Assembly: GCA_028534125.1 (NCBI GenBank)
Contig: CM052816.1
Coordinates: 56,732,001 to 56,796,000, forward strand
Length of the DNA stretch: 64,000 nucleotides
DNA from: Lama glama
Lineage: Eukaryota
Reading direction: 5' to 3'
A program made the translations under genes and the position numbers. Within the stretch, counting starts at the first letter, position 1. Every line of letters starts with the position of its first letter. The notes beneath the pieces were generated by a model, which had not been told where the DNA came from, did not search any database, and saw nothing but the letters and a program-made list of their open reading frames with translations. Positions 27,321 through 39,870 of this stretch are shown here, one piece after another.

Positions 27321-27989
27321 AACAGTTAAGAGGAAGACATCAATCTAATGTGATTATATTATATTGAAATAACTCACTTTTCAACAGTCAAATGAAAAAC
27401 ATTTGATGTATTTTTTATGTGTTTGTGCAACTTTATAATTTCGATTTATAGTTTTAATACTTTTATAGATTGAAGGAAGGGAATGGGGCAATGCTTGGGG
27501 ATTCTCAGAAAGGCTGACATTTACAGTGGCTAACTGATCGTGTCCATGAACTCATTCCTCAGCTTGGGAATTTGATTTTTGTCATCACAAATGGATCAAG
27601 AGGCAGGTTATCATTAACCAAGATGACAGAGAAAGGTGAGTAATCAGAAGGCAAATTTATTAACTGAAGGACACATGTAGAGATGTGAGCTGGATACTTC
27701 ATTACCATGACTTGTAGAAAATTCCACATGGGAACCAACTTGACATCATAAGGGGATATGGAGAGAATTAGCTGAATTATTTAAATGCCAATATTTTCAG
27801 ACTCTGACAACACTGTGTACGCATGTCCATGTTGAAGATCACTGCAACAGAAACCAGACCACACCTACACCCCCTTAGAAAGTACTTAACATTTACATCA
27901 CTACCTCTGGTCTTGTCAACTTCGCATAGTTTTATCTACGCTCAAGGCCAATATATCTCAAGAGATGATCCTTAAACCACCAACAATAA

Positions 27990-29610
27990 TACTTAGGTAC
28001 AAATTGAGTAAAACATACACAGGCCTTGTATGCTGAAACGACACAATGCTAGTGAAAGAAACCAGAGGATTTAAATAAGCATACCATGTCCACAGAATGG
28101 AAGATCCAACAGTGTAAAGATATCGATTCTCCCCAGATTAATATACAAGTTTAATACAATTCTTTTCAAATCCCAGCAAGTTTTTTTATAGACATAGAGA
28201 AAATTATTCTAGAATTCATATCAAAAGGTAAAGGAGCTAGAATAGCTAAAAACAGTTTTGAAAAAGAATAAAGCCTATTCAATTTCAAGATTATTTAACT
28301 ACAGTAATAGTAACTGTGGAAGGATACACACGGGTCAATGGAACAAAATAGGAACCCAAAACGCCCAACAGATTTTGACAAAGGGCAAAAGCAATTTATT
28401 GGAGGAAGGACAGCCCTTTAAACAAATGAGACCGCAGCAACTGAATATCCACAGACCAAAAAAAAAGAACCTCAACCAAAGTCTCATGTCTTATACAAAA
28501 GTTAAGTCCAAATGGATCACAGACTTAAATGTAAAACGTAAAAGTATAAAATGTTTCAGAAAAAACACAGGAGAAAACCTTTGGCATCTCAGACTAAACA
28601 AAGAGTTCTTAGACTTGAAGACCAAAAGCACGATCCTTAAAATGAAAACCTGACATGTTGACCTCACCAGAACTACAGAAGTTACAGACTTAGAGAAAAT
28701 ATTTGCAAACCATATATCTGACTGAAGTCTAGTATCTGGAATATATGAAGAAATATCAATACTCAACACTAAAAAAAAATCCAATTAGAAAATGGGCCAA
28801 AGACAAGAACAGACATGTCACCAGAGAGGAGATACAGATGGCACATAAGCACGTGACAGACGTCCATCATAAGCCACTGGGGAATTGTGATTTAAACCAC
28901 AAGGCGACATCACCACACCCCTCTCAGAACAGTTAAATCAAAAACAGTGACAACACCAAATGCTGGCGAGGAGGTGGGGAAACGGGATTACCTGTACATT
29001 GCTGATAGGAACGTAAAATGGTACACGGAAAAACAGCTGGCAGTTTCTTAGAAAACTAAACATGCTATTATCAACCACACAACCCAGAAACTGCGCTCCC
29101 AGGCACTGATCCTGAAGAAATGAAACCTTAAATGTGCACACACATCTGCATGTGATTGTTTATAGAAGCTTTATGTGTAATAGCCCCAAACTAGAAACAA
29201 CCAGACGCCCTTCTACAAGTGAATGATTAAACAAACTGGGGAACATCCATACCAGGGTATACAAGCCAACAATAAAGAGGAATGAAGTAGTGTCATATGC
29301 AGCCATCTGGATGATTGAAAGAACTGTGCTAAGTGGGAAAAAAAAAGCCAGTGCAAAAGGAACGTACTGTGTCTATAATCTATATAACGTGTACAATTTA
29401 TATAACATTTCTGAAATGGCAGAATTATGGAAAGAGAGAAGAGATTAGTGGTCGCCAGGAGTTGGGGACAGGAGGGAAGTAGACGTGGCTATAAAATGGC
29501 CAGAGATGAGGAATCCTTGTGGCAGCAGAAATGATCTGTATTTTTGCTGTATCCGTATCAGGATTCTGGCTGTGGCACTGTGTTACAGTTTTTAAGACAT
29601 TACCAGGGGG
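27990..29610 (+). mobile_element. Old L1 (L1MC-like): degenerate ORF2 3' part and 3' UTR
   Basis: Broken ORF2-like peptides YTKVKSKWITDLNVK, NPIRKWAKDKNRH; many stops and frameshifts. Confidence 0.85.
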
Positions 29611-30865
29611 GGAGAAATAATTCTAAAATGCCAAATCCCAGACCCAATCCTACCAAACACCACCCTAGGGGTTGGGAGCACACGATCCGAACAAGCTTCG
29701 CGAGGTTCCCAGGTACTGGAAGTTGGGGGACGACTGCTACACCCCAACCACGTCCCACAGGCTCGCAGCTCCTCACCCACACTCCACGTTCCCGCTGACT
29801 CAATCCCAGCCTCGCCTCCTGAGAGCCTCCTGAGTCTCCGAGGTCAGAGTGGGGGGCTTCCCCAAACTCTCTCCTGCACCTTTCAACGCCTTGTTCTTCC
29901 TCGGCTCCCACAGAGCGCCACACCCACAGCCGCTGTCTGAGAAGTTTGCTAATAGGTTCTTCAGGAAATGTGCCGGAAGGAATCCCTTGCCACACCCACT
30001 AAGCATGCTCGCCCACAGGAACACAAAAGCAGACTTAATCCTTTTCTCTGAGTACTGAGGATCTACCCCAGTGCTTCATCTAAAAGACCGCCAGGCTCAC
30101 CCTGTGCAACAGCCAGCTTCCCAAACCTCGTTCTCAACTGCAGCCTTGCTGTTGTCCACACAAATTAAATAAAAATATAACGTAGAGATGTGAAGTTTTT
30201 GTTAGCTATGAAAGTGACGTAAGAACGAAAATGTTTTAAGTGACTAGAATTAAAACAATGATTGTTTGGATCAAGGAGAGAGATGGACTCAAATACTTTC
30301 AAATGGTAAAATAATCCTGCTCTTCACTTTGGAATGCACTCAGATTCAAGGTCACAAAGACACATTCAGACATTTTTATTCAAACTGTCTTGCAAAGTGC
30401 TGTACAGCCTCTGAACCTGGCACTGCATATGCTTCCGGCAAATTATGAAGATAGAGCAGATCTAGGATTTTAAAGATAATGTGCAAATCAGATAGCGCTT
30501 TGACTAGAAACTCATTACTAAGGTGGATTTTATGCATTGTTAGGCAAGTGGAAGTAGATTTTGGGCAATTGTTACAGTTTTATTTTTCTTTTTGTGCATT
30601 AAAAATATTTGTATTTAAGCATATTTCTATTATTGAACTTAACTCCCCAATTTTTGGCATACAGCCCAAAAGCTGACCTCCACTGGTGTGTGTCACAGGG
30701 TGAAACTGATACAAAATTAATATTCTGGAGATGACATTTTGGCGTCTACCCAGAGAAAACCAAACTAAGGTAACTAGGGATGACTCTCCAAGCCTTTCCT
30801 CAGAAGCTATAAGCGACTGCAAAACATAGCACTGGAGTGAATTCCTAGCATTTTACTCAAGTGAC

Positions 30866-30975
30866 CCACTCATTCGATAAACATTTATAGTACCAAGCAT
30901 CGTTCTAGGTGCTGAAATACAGTAGCAAAACAAACAGATGAGACTCCCTGCATTACTGGGACTCAGAGACTAGCA
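30866..30975 (-). mobile_element. L2 3' fragment
   Basis: cactcattcgataaacattta...ccaagcatcgttctaggtgctgaaatacagtag. Confidence 0.55.
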
Positions 30976-31034
30976 ATGGTGGAAGGTTTCCCCAGAATGA
31001 ATGTCCCTGCGATATCTCAAGACATCATATTCTC

Positions 31035-31190
31035 AGCTCAAATCCCAGTTATGCCACTTATGAGATGTGTGAACCTGAGAAAGTCATTACTTCTCCATGC
31101 CTCGGTTGTAGGGAAAATAATGTTTACTTCACTGTATTGTGAAGGTTAAGTGAGACAATATGGTGGAAGTACCTTAAAAGTGCTGCCTGT
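31035..31190 (+). mobile_element. MIR SINE
   Basis: tcaaatcccagttatgccactta...aagtcattacttctccatgcctcggtt...tgtgaaggttaagtgagacaat. Confidence 0.65.
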
Positions 31191-31842
31191 TGTATTAAGG
31201 TCTCTGGATACATGTCACTTAACTTCTGTGTTAGTGTGTTTTAAATGGAGAGCCGCTTTCAGAGAGATCAGGGGGCCAATACAAATTGTCAAAAGTAAGT
31301 TGTTTGTTCGTTTGTTTTTTAATTAGGAGAGTGGCACAGCCCATTCTCACTGATGTTTCAAGCATCCCAAGCACTAAGAAGAGCCCCCTTTTAGTGAGAT
31401 TTGCTTGTCTTATCCCCCAGACATTAGCTCCAGGGCCTGAATGATAATAGATCTGCCTCACTCCTCCTGAAATGAGCCAGTGTTCATCCTGCAGGTACTG
31501 GTGGGACTATCATGGGCCCGGGGGGAAGCATATTATGAGAGAGACCACCACATCCAGAAGTTTAAGTCAGCTTCCATAGGGAATTCCTTTATGGCTGTGC
31601 CTCCTGCCGGAGACAGAGACAGGGCGAGGGATGGATGATACTGCCAAGTCCTGTGGCGCACAGAGGGGTCAGTCACCGGCTGTCTCAGACATCGGTCATA
31701 TGTACCAGTGCCAAGGAAAAGAAAACCAGCCAAACCTGTCAAAAATCATGAGACCAATTCCACTTCTCCGTAGGCTTTGAACACTCCAGAGAGCCTGCAA
31801 CTTTTAGGTTTTGAGGTTTTAGGACCTTTAAACCTTTCTTAC

Positions 31843-32090
31843 CTGTTGGACTAGAATATCGCCAATTCGGTTGATGATGAAATTCCTGTCGCTGCCAGCA
31901 CCGGATTCCTGCCTTCGCTCCTTCATACTATAGAAGAAATGCCTGTGGATTTCGAGTAACTCATCTAAACAGGGGAAGATTTTATCCACGGTGCTGTGGT
32001 CAAGCTGCAGCTCCTCTTTCATCCCCTTCCGGAAGACCTCAGACATGATGAGCAGGGTCTGGATGTGGTGCATCTCTGTCTGCATTAGCT
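31843..32090 (-). CDS. ARHGEF28: ARHGEF28 coding exon (~exon 22), 248 nt, DH domain (E)LMQTEMHHIQTL...IGDILVQQ
   Basis: cctgtttcag|AGCTAATG...CAACAG|gtaaga; DH (RhoGEF) CR1 helix. Confidence 0.96.
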
Positions 32091-32139
32091 CTGAAACAGG
32101 TGAGCAGAAACACGCTTTAAAAAAACAGGCATCCTTGGA

Positions 32140-32252
32140 GGTTAACTGGACTTATAGTGATCATCTTGCAGTTTATACAAATATTGATTCATTATGTTAT
32201 AACCCTGAAACTAACATAATGTTACATGTCAATTATACCTCAAGTTTTAAAA
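32140..32252 (+). mobile_element. L1 3' terminal fragment (L1MA9-like)
   Basis: cctgaaactaacataatgttacatgtcaattatacctcaa followed by an A-rich end. Confidence 0.65.
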
Positions 32253-32435
32253 AGTATTCCTATTGACCTAAATTAGTATGACCGCCACCTCACACAGGTG
32301 ATAAGGGGCCCTCCTCACCACAGGACTTTGTGACACACACAGGATTAGCGCAAACTAAGAGCTAGTTTCATCTTTAAAGCAAGGTATCTTCTTGGAGCCA
32401 CTTTTGAGCATTTACTTCATACTTGAAAAAAAAAA

Positions 32436-32580
32436 TTTTTTAATTGAAGTATAGTCAGTTACAATGTGTCAGTTTCTGGTGTACAGCACAGTGTCTCAGT
32501 CATGCATACACATACATACATTCGTTTTCATATTCTTTTTCATTAAAGGTTATTACAAGGTATTAAATATGGTTCCCTAT
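32436..32580 (-). mobile_element. L1 3' end fragment (lineage-type)
   Basis: ttttaattgaagtatagtcagttacaatgtgtcagtttctggtgtacagca is the antisense L1 terminus. Confidence 0.75.
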
Positions 32581-32929
32581 GCTTGAAAATTTTTTAAACT
32601 TCATTTTTTCCTAACTAGTCTATAATTTAGCTTCCCCTAATTCAGCCTGCCTTCACCCCAAATAGCATGACACCATAAAACCTCCCACGGCTGAACTCTG
32701 TACTCAGACCGCAGCACAATCTCACAGGGCCCTCATCCAGGTGCTGCCAGTCCCACTGCATCCATATGAGCCACAGTCCCCAGTGCGTGCAGGCAAACTG
32801 CTGGGCCACGCATGCAGCAGGCCTGTCTACCCCACCTTAAAACACATGAAAATTCACTGTGATTCTTAAAATAGAGGAGGTAAAAGAGTACAGGCCATGC
32901 CCAAGTAAACTTGGAAAGGGAGTAAGAAG

Positions 32930-33150
32930 TAACACTTGCTTTGTACCGGGTACACGCAATGCCTTACTTAAGCCTCAGGGCATTTTAGTCCTGAGTATCA
33001 GTATTCCCATTTCACAAAAGGAAAAGCTGAGGTCCAGGTGAGTGAAGTCTGAGCTCAAGCAACTAGGAAAGGGTGGAGTTGGGATCTGAACCCAGGTTTG
33101 AACCTAGGTCTGTATGGTTTCAGATCCCAAGCTCTTCCCTCTGCACCACA
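32930..33150 (-). mobile_element. MIR SINE
   Basis: cccatttcacaaaaggaaaagctgagg...gggatctgaacccagg. Confidence 0.6.
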
Positions 33151-33179
33151 CTGCTGCAGCCCAAGTCCGAAATGCTTAC

Positions 33180-33323
33180 CAAAAATGACATCCTGTCTCT
33201 TGATGACATCCTTCTCCTGCCGACTACAAAACGAGGGGTCCACCACCAGACTCCAAGATTCTGCTTCGAACTCCTGGGCGTCACCGCTGAGGTCACGCCA
33301 CATAGATGAATCCACGACATCAA
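33180..33323 (-). CDS. ARHGEF28: ARHGEF28 coding exon (~exon 21), 144 nt, (V)DVVDSS...EAESWSLVVDPSFCSRQEKDVIKRQDVIF
   Basis: acacacag|TTGATG...TTTG|gtaagc; pre-DH motif shared by Lbc-family GEFs. Confidence 0.92.
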
Positions 33324-34537
33324 CTGTGTGTTGAGAAGAGAAAAGAAAAGCCAGAAATGGGGCAACACACGTGACACAAGTGGACCCGCACACGTGCCCA
33401 CTAAAAAAACCTCCATGAACACAGAAACAACTAAGCCAAAATATTGTTGACGTGAGTCAAAACATCTGAGACCAAACCAGTGAAATGGTTCAAATCAAGA
33501 CCTCTCTCAAGAAGGCAAAGCAGAATCAGGTATTAAAACATTGACAATGTATAAGCGGAAAAAAAAAAAAAGAAGAAGGAGGAGATGATTCTCTTGTTTG
33601 TTTGTTTTGGCTTGCTCTACTTTAGTTTTATTTTTGGCAACCTGCAGAGTCCACAATGTGCTTACAGAATCTTGAAGCCACTGATTTCTTTTGCCACAGG
33701 TTACTCTGCACTGTTTACTCAAAGCCGAATTTAGTGCGTGTCCACTTGGTTTGCCCTCGGTTGCTGTCCTTAACATGAACGCGCGGCAGGGGATAAGGTG
33801 AAGTGTAGGTCACGAGTGAGTACAGCTCTTTCTGACAGACTTTGGCAACACACATACACACCCCTCTAAAGAAAACTGAATCCTCTTTGTCCAAACAGCA
33901 ATCCTTAGAGAGATTCCAGCTCAGAGAAGTAGAGACACAATGACAGTGGATTTGAAATAAACCGATTCCGAGGGAAGAGCCCACTCCTCTCTCACCACTA
34001 CCCCTTTCATTTGCTTCTCCTTCACTTACTGGTACAGCTGGGGTACAATAAGCATTCCCCAGATTGTCCTATCCTACAACATGTTTGTTAAAAATGCTTT
34101 TATCCCCCTCCAGAAGTAGGAGGCCACAGATGGGGATAAGGATCTCAGAGATGCAGGCAAGTCCATCTTAAGTAACTGAAATATATATGTTGTAATGTCC
34201 GATCCTATTCCAATTCATCAACAGCTATAAAACTTTTCAAAAGAAAAGCAAGCACACGTGTATTTCTTTTTCTTCATTATGTTTATGATACAGTTTGGGG
34301 GGAATAAGATCATTTTAAAAAATACATCATGCTTCCTTGGTCACTACCTGGGAGTTTCCTCTGGGGCTAAAGTTTTATTCTTCTTATCAGAAGAACCTGT
34401 ACCTAAGATACACCATCAAATAAAATTCTTTTAAAAAGAACAAAAGAGTACTTTTCAATCTTGTATCCCTCAGAAAACATTCCTTTTGGCAAATGCTTAC
34501 ACAAACACTAGTAAATGCAAGCGTGTCTTCTCCTCAC

Positions 34538-34665
34538 CTTCCATTAAGAAGGAGTCCGTGGAGGGAGACGAGCCCATGGGCTGGAACAGCTCATCGGAAT
34601 GCGACCTGCTTCTCCAGGTGCTCCCGTCACTCTCGGACTCCAGGGACATCCCTGACCTCCTGAAG
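34538..34665 (-). CDS. ARHGEF28: ARHGEF28 coding exon (~exon 20), 128 nt, FRRSGMSLESESD...SPSTDSFLME
   Basis: ccctccag|CTTCAGG...GAAG|gtgagg; within ORF 34497..34715. Confidence 0.93.
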
Positions 34666-34740
34666 CTGGAGGGACAGAGAGAAGAGTCAGCCCTGCAGTG
34701 GCCCTGAGACGTCAAGGTGTGAAGCCTCCCTGAGCCTTAC

Positions 34741-34885
34741 CTTTCGAAGGTGGTGCCAGGAACGCTTCTGGACAACGGATGGACTTGCCCTGTGGTTTCC
34801 TTCCTCCCAGCCGGCAGCCCGATCGGCATGGAGGCGGAAGGGTGCAAGGAGGGACCAGGCAAGGGGCCGTCTCTAAACGAAGAAT
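34741..34885 (-). CDS. ARHGEF28: ARHGEF28 coding exon (~exon 19), 145 nt, (N)SSFRDGPLPG...LSRSVPGTTFE(S)
   Basis: atttccag|ATTCTT...GAAAG|gtaagg; open frame, phases fit neighbours. Confidence 0.92.
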
Positions 34886-35384
34886 CTGGAAATCAGAATG
34901 GATGCTTCATGCAGTTTCCATAGAGGGCAGTAATCCCAACGAGCAAGGGCAGTCACGTAAAAGCCAGAAAGCTGAGCACTCCAACAGCCACTTCTACTGC
35001 GTCACAAGCCCAGCCTTGAAACCAGCCTCCCTGCCACATCCCGACACCTGCTCTAAATGTCCCTTCCATTGCACAGCCTCCTGATACCCAAGCCATAGGC
35101 CTGCTTGAGCATATCCACCTGGAGACTGTGGGCGGCCGGGATTATACAAACAAACAAGAAAAAGGAATGGGGAAGCGCTGGGAATGCCTGCCCATAAAGC
35201 ACTGCTTGTGTCCCTCCGAGCCAGCTTTGAACAGATGCAAGGTGTTATTAGCGCTGCTGGTAGAACGCACACTGTGTGTATGAACAAGCAAACACGTGCA
35301 CACACGCACACGCACACACAGCGTGTCTGACTGGAATGATGCTGGGAAGCCTGTTCTTTATGGTATAAGAACGTCGGGCAAAGG

Positions 35385-35740
35385 AGAGAGTCCTGACATT
35401 TACAACAACCGGGATGAGCCTAGAGGACGTCATGCTAAGTGAAATAATGAAACACAGAAAGACAAATACTGTATGACCTCACTTACATGTGGAAGCTAAA
35501 ACAGTCGAACTCATAGAAGAGAGTAGAATGGTGATTTGCAAGGGCTGGGGAGAGAGTGAGATGGGGCAGTGATGGTCCAAGGGCACAAAGGTCTAGTTAT
35601 GCAACGTAAATAAGTTCTGGAAATCTACGGTACAGCGTAGTGCCTATAGCTCACAATACTGCTGTACTGCACACTTAGAAGTTTCTAGGAGGGTAGATCT
35701 TATGTTGCGTTCTTACCACACACACACAAATAATAATAAA
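35385..35740 (+). mobile_element. L1MB-like 3' fragment
   Basis: catgctaagtgaaataa...acagaaagacaaatactgtatgacctcacttacatgtggaa...gggtagatcttatgtt. Confidence 0.8.
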
Positions 35741-37158
35741 AGGAGCAGGAGAAAACAAACAAACAAACAAAAAGAATATCAGGCAAATGAAACCCGCAAG
35801 CCAAGCGGGGCTTTTCTCTCTCACACTCTGAAAATGAAGTGGTGCTTCAGTACCTCTCTGGTCAGTTCTAAAGGTACAGGTATCCACGCATTTACATTTG
35901 ATGTGTACTAAAAGTGACTCTCCGAAAACATGTCAGTCCCCTAATATTATAGCTCAGCACACAGCCTTCTCAAGGGGGAGAAATACTTACATGGAGCCCC
36001 AAGATATTACAAGAGATTCTACACAAGTATGATTTGATTTTATTCTCACAACTCCTAAGTAAAGAGAAGGAATAGATGGTATTCTCTTAATTCTAAGAGA
36101 AGCTTTCTAATTATTCTCATGCTTAACCATATGAAATTGAGAAGCATTTTACAACTGAGGTCAAAGGGGCTTCCGATGTCAAAGCAGGGGAGTAAATAAC
36201 GGCCCATTTGATGCTGCCTGCGCAGTTTACCCTGGAGTAACATCACACAATCACATGCCTCCACCAATTTGCATACTGCAATGACCCCGATTCAAGGGGC
36301 TTTTAAAACACTGGTCACATGGTTGCAGCACTGAAATGAAAAGTGACCACAAACAGAAAACGTCTGCCTCCTGGAAAGCGATGCAACATCTAAGGCAGAA
36401 GAAACTGCAAAGGACAAATCAAAGGAGTTTCAGGCTTGAGAGGCCAATGAATGCAATGCAAAGACTGTCAAAGGCTGCAGGTTACCTAAGGGAAACCGTG
36501 TAAATTTCAGCAGTGTGTAATGCAAGAAAAAAAACTGGAGCCACTGAGTTTAACCGTGTGCAAACAAAACTCGGCATGCCCTGAAATCTCACTGTCATCC
36601 CAGCAGAGCTGAGGGGATTATAGCCTCCAGCACAGCTGCTAAAATGAACCAGGATGCTGTGATAATGGACAACAGCAACTGGTAAGAATCTAGAGATTCT
36701 CAACTTGAAGGCTTTTTCCTAACTTTGTGATTCTTAAGAAGCACGTGGTGCCTATCTTCCTAGATAAACATGTGCTACTGCTAGGAAAACATCAAATTAT
36801 GTACATTTAATACAGTGTTTCTCTCTCTCCCCCAGAGGTTGTCATCAATGCTGCATATCGCACAAGCTTGCATCTTAGAATCGAGGCCACATCATAATAC
36901 CTCCTCCATACAGCTCTCCCTAATATCAAAGATCATATAGTTCACGTAGCACAAAGGCTATTAGGCTGCCACCAAAGTTTATGCCATCTGCATGATTTCT
37001 TCATGTAACTAAAAATTGTGCCAGTTACGCTCAACATGTGTTATGAAAGAAAGAATAATCGGACAAATGAAAGAAACAAAGGAAGGGGCTTTTTACATTA
37101 GAAAAATGTGGTATGTAGGAAACCGAAAAAAGTTCTTGCCATTTTCCACATCACTTAC

Positions 37159-37207
37159 TTCCAAGGATGGTCTGTGGTTTGTTCTTGTTATATTTCTCTT
37201 GGAGTTT
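37159..37207 (-). CDS. ARHGEF28: ARHGEF28 coding exon (~exon 18), 49 nt, KLQEKYNKNKPQTILG
   Basis: ttctttacag|AAACTC...GGAA|gtaagt; next to assembly gap. Confidence 0.92.
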
Positions 37208-37217
37208 CTGTAAAGAA

Positions 37218-37717
37218 NNNNNNNNNNNNNNNNNNNNNNNNNNNNNNNNNNNNNNNNNNNNNNNNNNNNNNNNNNNNNNNNNNNNNNNNNNNNNNNNNNN
37301 NNNNNNNNNNNNNNNNNNNNNNNNNNNNNNNNNNNNNNNNNNNNNNNNNNNNNNNNNNNNNNNNNNNNNNNNNNNNNNNNNNNNNNNNNNNNNNNNNNNN
37401 NNNNNNNNNNNNNNNNNNNNNNNNNNNNNNNNNNNNNNNNNNNNNNNNNNNNNNNNNNNNNNNNNNNNNNNNNNNNNNNNNNNNNNNNNNNNNNNNNNNN
37501 NNNNNNNNNNNNNNNNNNNNNNNNNNNNNNNNNNNNNNNNNNNNNNNNNNNNNNNNNNNNNNNNNNNNNNNNNNNNNNNNNNNNNNNNNNNNNNNNNNNN
37601 NNNNNNNNNNNNNNNNNNNNNNNNNNNNNNNNNNNNNNNNNNNNNNNNNNNNNNNNNNNNNNNNNNNNNNNNNNNNNNNNNNNNNNNNNNNNNNNNNNNN
37701 NNNNNNNNNNNNNNNNN
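37218..37717. other. Assembly gap (500 N)
   Basis: Run of exactly 500 N. Confidence 0.99.
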
Positions 37718-37824
37718 GTGATTTTGCCCCCTTTAATATCCCCAAAGGTAACTGAGTTTTACTACAGACAAGGAACTACACCAGCAAAATAGAGAATTCT
37801 CCACTGAAATGTAAATTTTTTTCT

Positions 37825-38001
37825 TCTTTTTTGAGGTATAATTGACATATAACATTAGTGTATAACATAATGGTTCGATATTTGTACATATTGCAAAGTG
37901 ACCTCAATGAGTCCATTTAACATCCATCACCACATATACTTACAAAAAATTTTTTCCTTGCGATATGAACTTTTAAAAGCTACTCTCTTAGCAACTTTCA
38001 A
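37825..38001 (-). mobile_element. L1 3' terminal fragment (L1MA9-like)
   Basis: gaggtataattgacatataaca...tactctcttagcaactttcaa. Confidence 0.7.
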
Positions 38002-39689
38002 TTAACCTTCACTTATTTTGTGTCTTCAGCAAGAATATTTCGAATCAGCAGGGTCATAAATTATGAAAGCCAAGTGCTGCCTGGCACTCCCCCAAACTAT
38101 TCTGGGTTTCTCCTGGCTGGGAAACCCTCCTTGGATCCTGAATCCTGCTCCATTACCCTGAGCAACTTCGGGTGGGCTAGCATGAAGGAGAGCTGGAGAG
38201 AAGCTTAGTTACAGTTCATAACCAGGGCTGCCCCTTGACAGGGACGACGGCGATCACAGGGATGCGACGTGGGGCTTCTCTGCTGCAGGGGTCAGTGTGA
38301 GATAAGCCAGGGACTACCCTGAGGGTGGGTGGGCTTTTCGCGCTTCCATCTGGGGACATTGCCTTGTAGGCTGCCCCAACCCATCATGAGGGCAACCAGC
38401 ACCAAGCACCCTCGGTGAGAGAGAAGGATCAGGTATCAGGGCCAGAGCCAGCTTTCCTGGGCCACTCCCAGCTGCTCAAGAGGTGAGAATAGATCCTTAA
38501 GATCCCAAAGGCCTCTGAGCAGAGCAGGAAGTGGCTGAGTTGAGTACTCATGGCCTGCCATGGCCCACCAGGATGCAAAGGAAGGGACTTTGTAAGCAGA
38601 CGTTTGGTGGCAAGTGTGTGAGCCAGGGGCCAAGAGTCCAAGGTTTCTGTAGTGTAAAAGCCAGTGTGAGGCCAAGTCAGTGAAGGAGCATCGCCAGATC
38701 TGACCAACACCAGAGAGAGGAACAGCCGCAGGACCGTGGTCACAGATGCCAGGACCCCCGGGAAAACAGTCGTGCCTCAGGGAAGAGCCCGGGCCAGCAG
38801 ATCCACAGCTGAGACCGGAGGACCCAGAGGGCAGTCAAAGATGGGGTCTCCTCCTCCCCAAACATCCTCACTAGAGAATCACATTCAACACCGGCTTGGC
38901 AAGAAAGGAGGAGGAGGTGGAGGAGGAAGAAATCTGAGAGACTATGTATTTTACTTAAAGTGACTGAGCAGTTACCAAAAGTGACTACTTTCATTGTTGC
39001 ATCTCAGATCAAGATTTCTGTGTTAGACCGAAATGTAACTCTCCCCCTCCTCACTGCCTAGGGAGAAGAACTTCGTAAGAAAGATCACATCTATTATAGA
39101 CAAAATAAAGAAATAAAGGCAAGGTAAACAGCACCTGCGTGATGTAGGAAAACTGCACGACGCGCTTTGCCTATTTACTGCCTGCTTTCGATGATCCAGC
39201 GCCTGGAGATGTGAAAACAGGCTGGCCAGCCTCCACCTTCAAGGAATTCAGTGTCTTTTAATGTCTGAGGGACATTAAATCATAGTTGTAATACAGTAAT
39301 GTAAGCGCTGTTATAAAAGTATACACAAGCCAGAGTGGCCCAAAGGATAGATAGATGAGGGAATTCAGGGATGGCTTCCAGAAAAAGGACCCTCAAGCTC
39401 CATCTTAAAGGGCAAGTTAGAGATTTCCAGTTGGAAGTGGGAGAAACAGTCACCTGAATTTGCTCAACAAAAAACAAAAGGGGGAGGGGAAAGATTTACT
39501 GAAGGCATGTGAGGGCAGCTCGCAGAACTGAAGGAATTAAACATCTAAGCCTGGGGTGGGGGGGCAGCAACAGGCCCCGAGAGACTAGAATGAAGGCCTG
39601 GAATCTGGCAGGGCCCTACACAAGGCTGCTGCTCTTAACCTGTGTGCAGTACATCCTCACACTACAGATTGGTTTCTCCCAGCTAACTA

Positions 39690-39870
39690 CTTCCATCCGC
39701 ACCCTTCCAGCACTGCTACCCAAGAAGGAAGACATCTCTCTCCAAACTCCAGTTTGAAGAATATCAAGGAAAGACTCTGATTGGCCAAGCTGGGGTCATG
39801 TGCCCACCGTGGGCCAATAGCTGTGGCCAGGCATGAGGAGTGCTGTGATTGGCCCACTTGGGTGGGAAGC
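39690..39870. mobile_element. Old MaLR LTR fragment (MLT1J/K-like)
   Basis: ggaaagactctgattggccaagctggggtcatgtgcccacc...ccaatagctgtggccagg. Confidence 0.55.

Noticed and set aside
28258..28936. ORFs with L1 ORF2-like peptides
   Set aside because: Fragmented fossil L1, not an intact gene or active element
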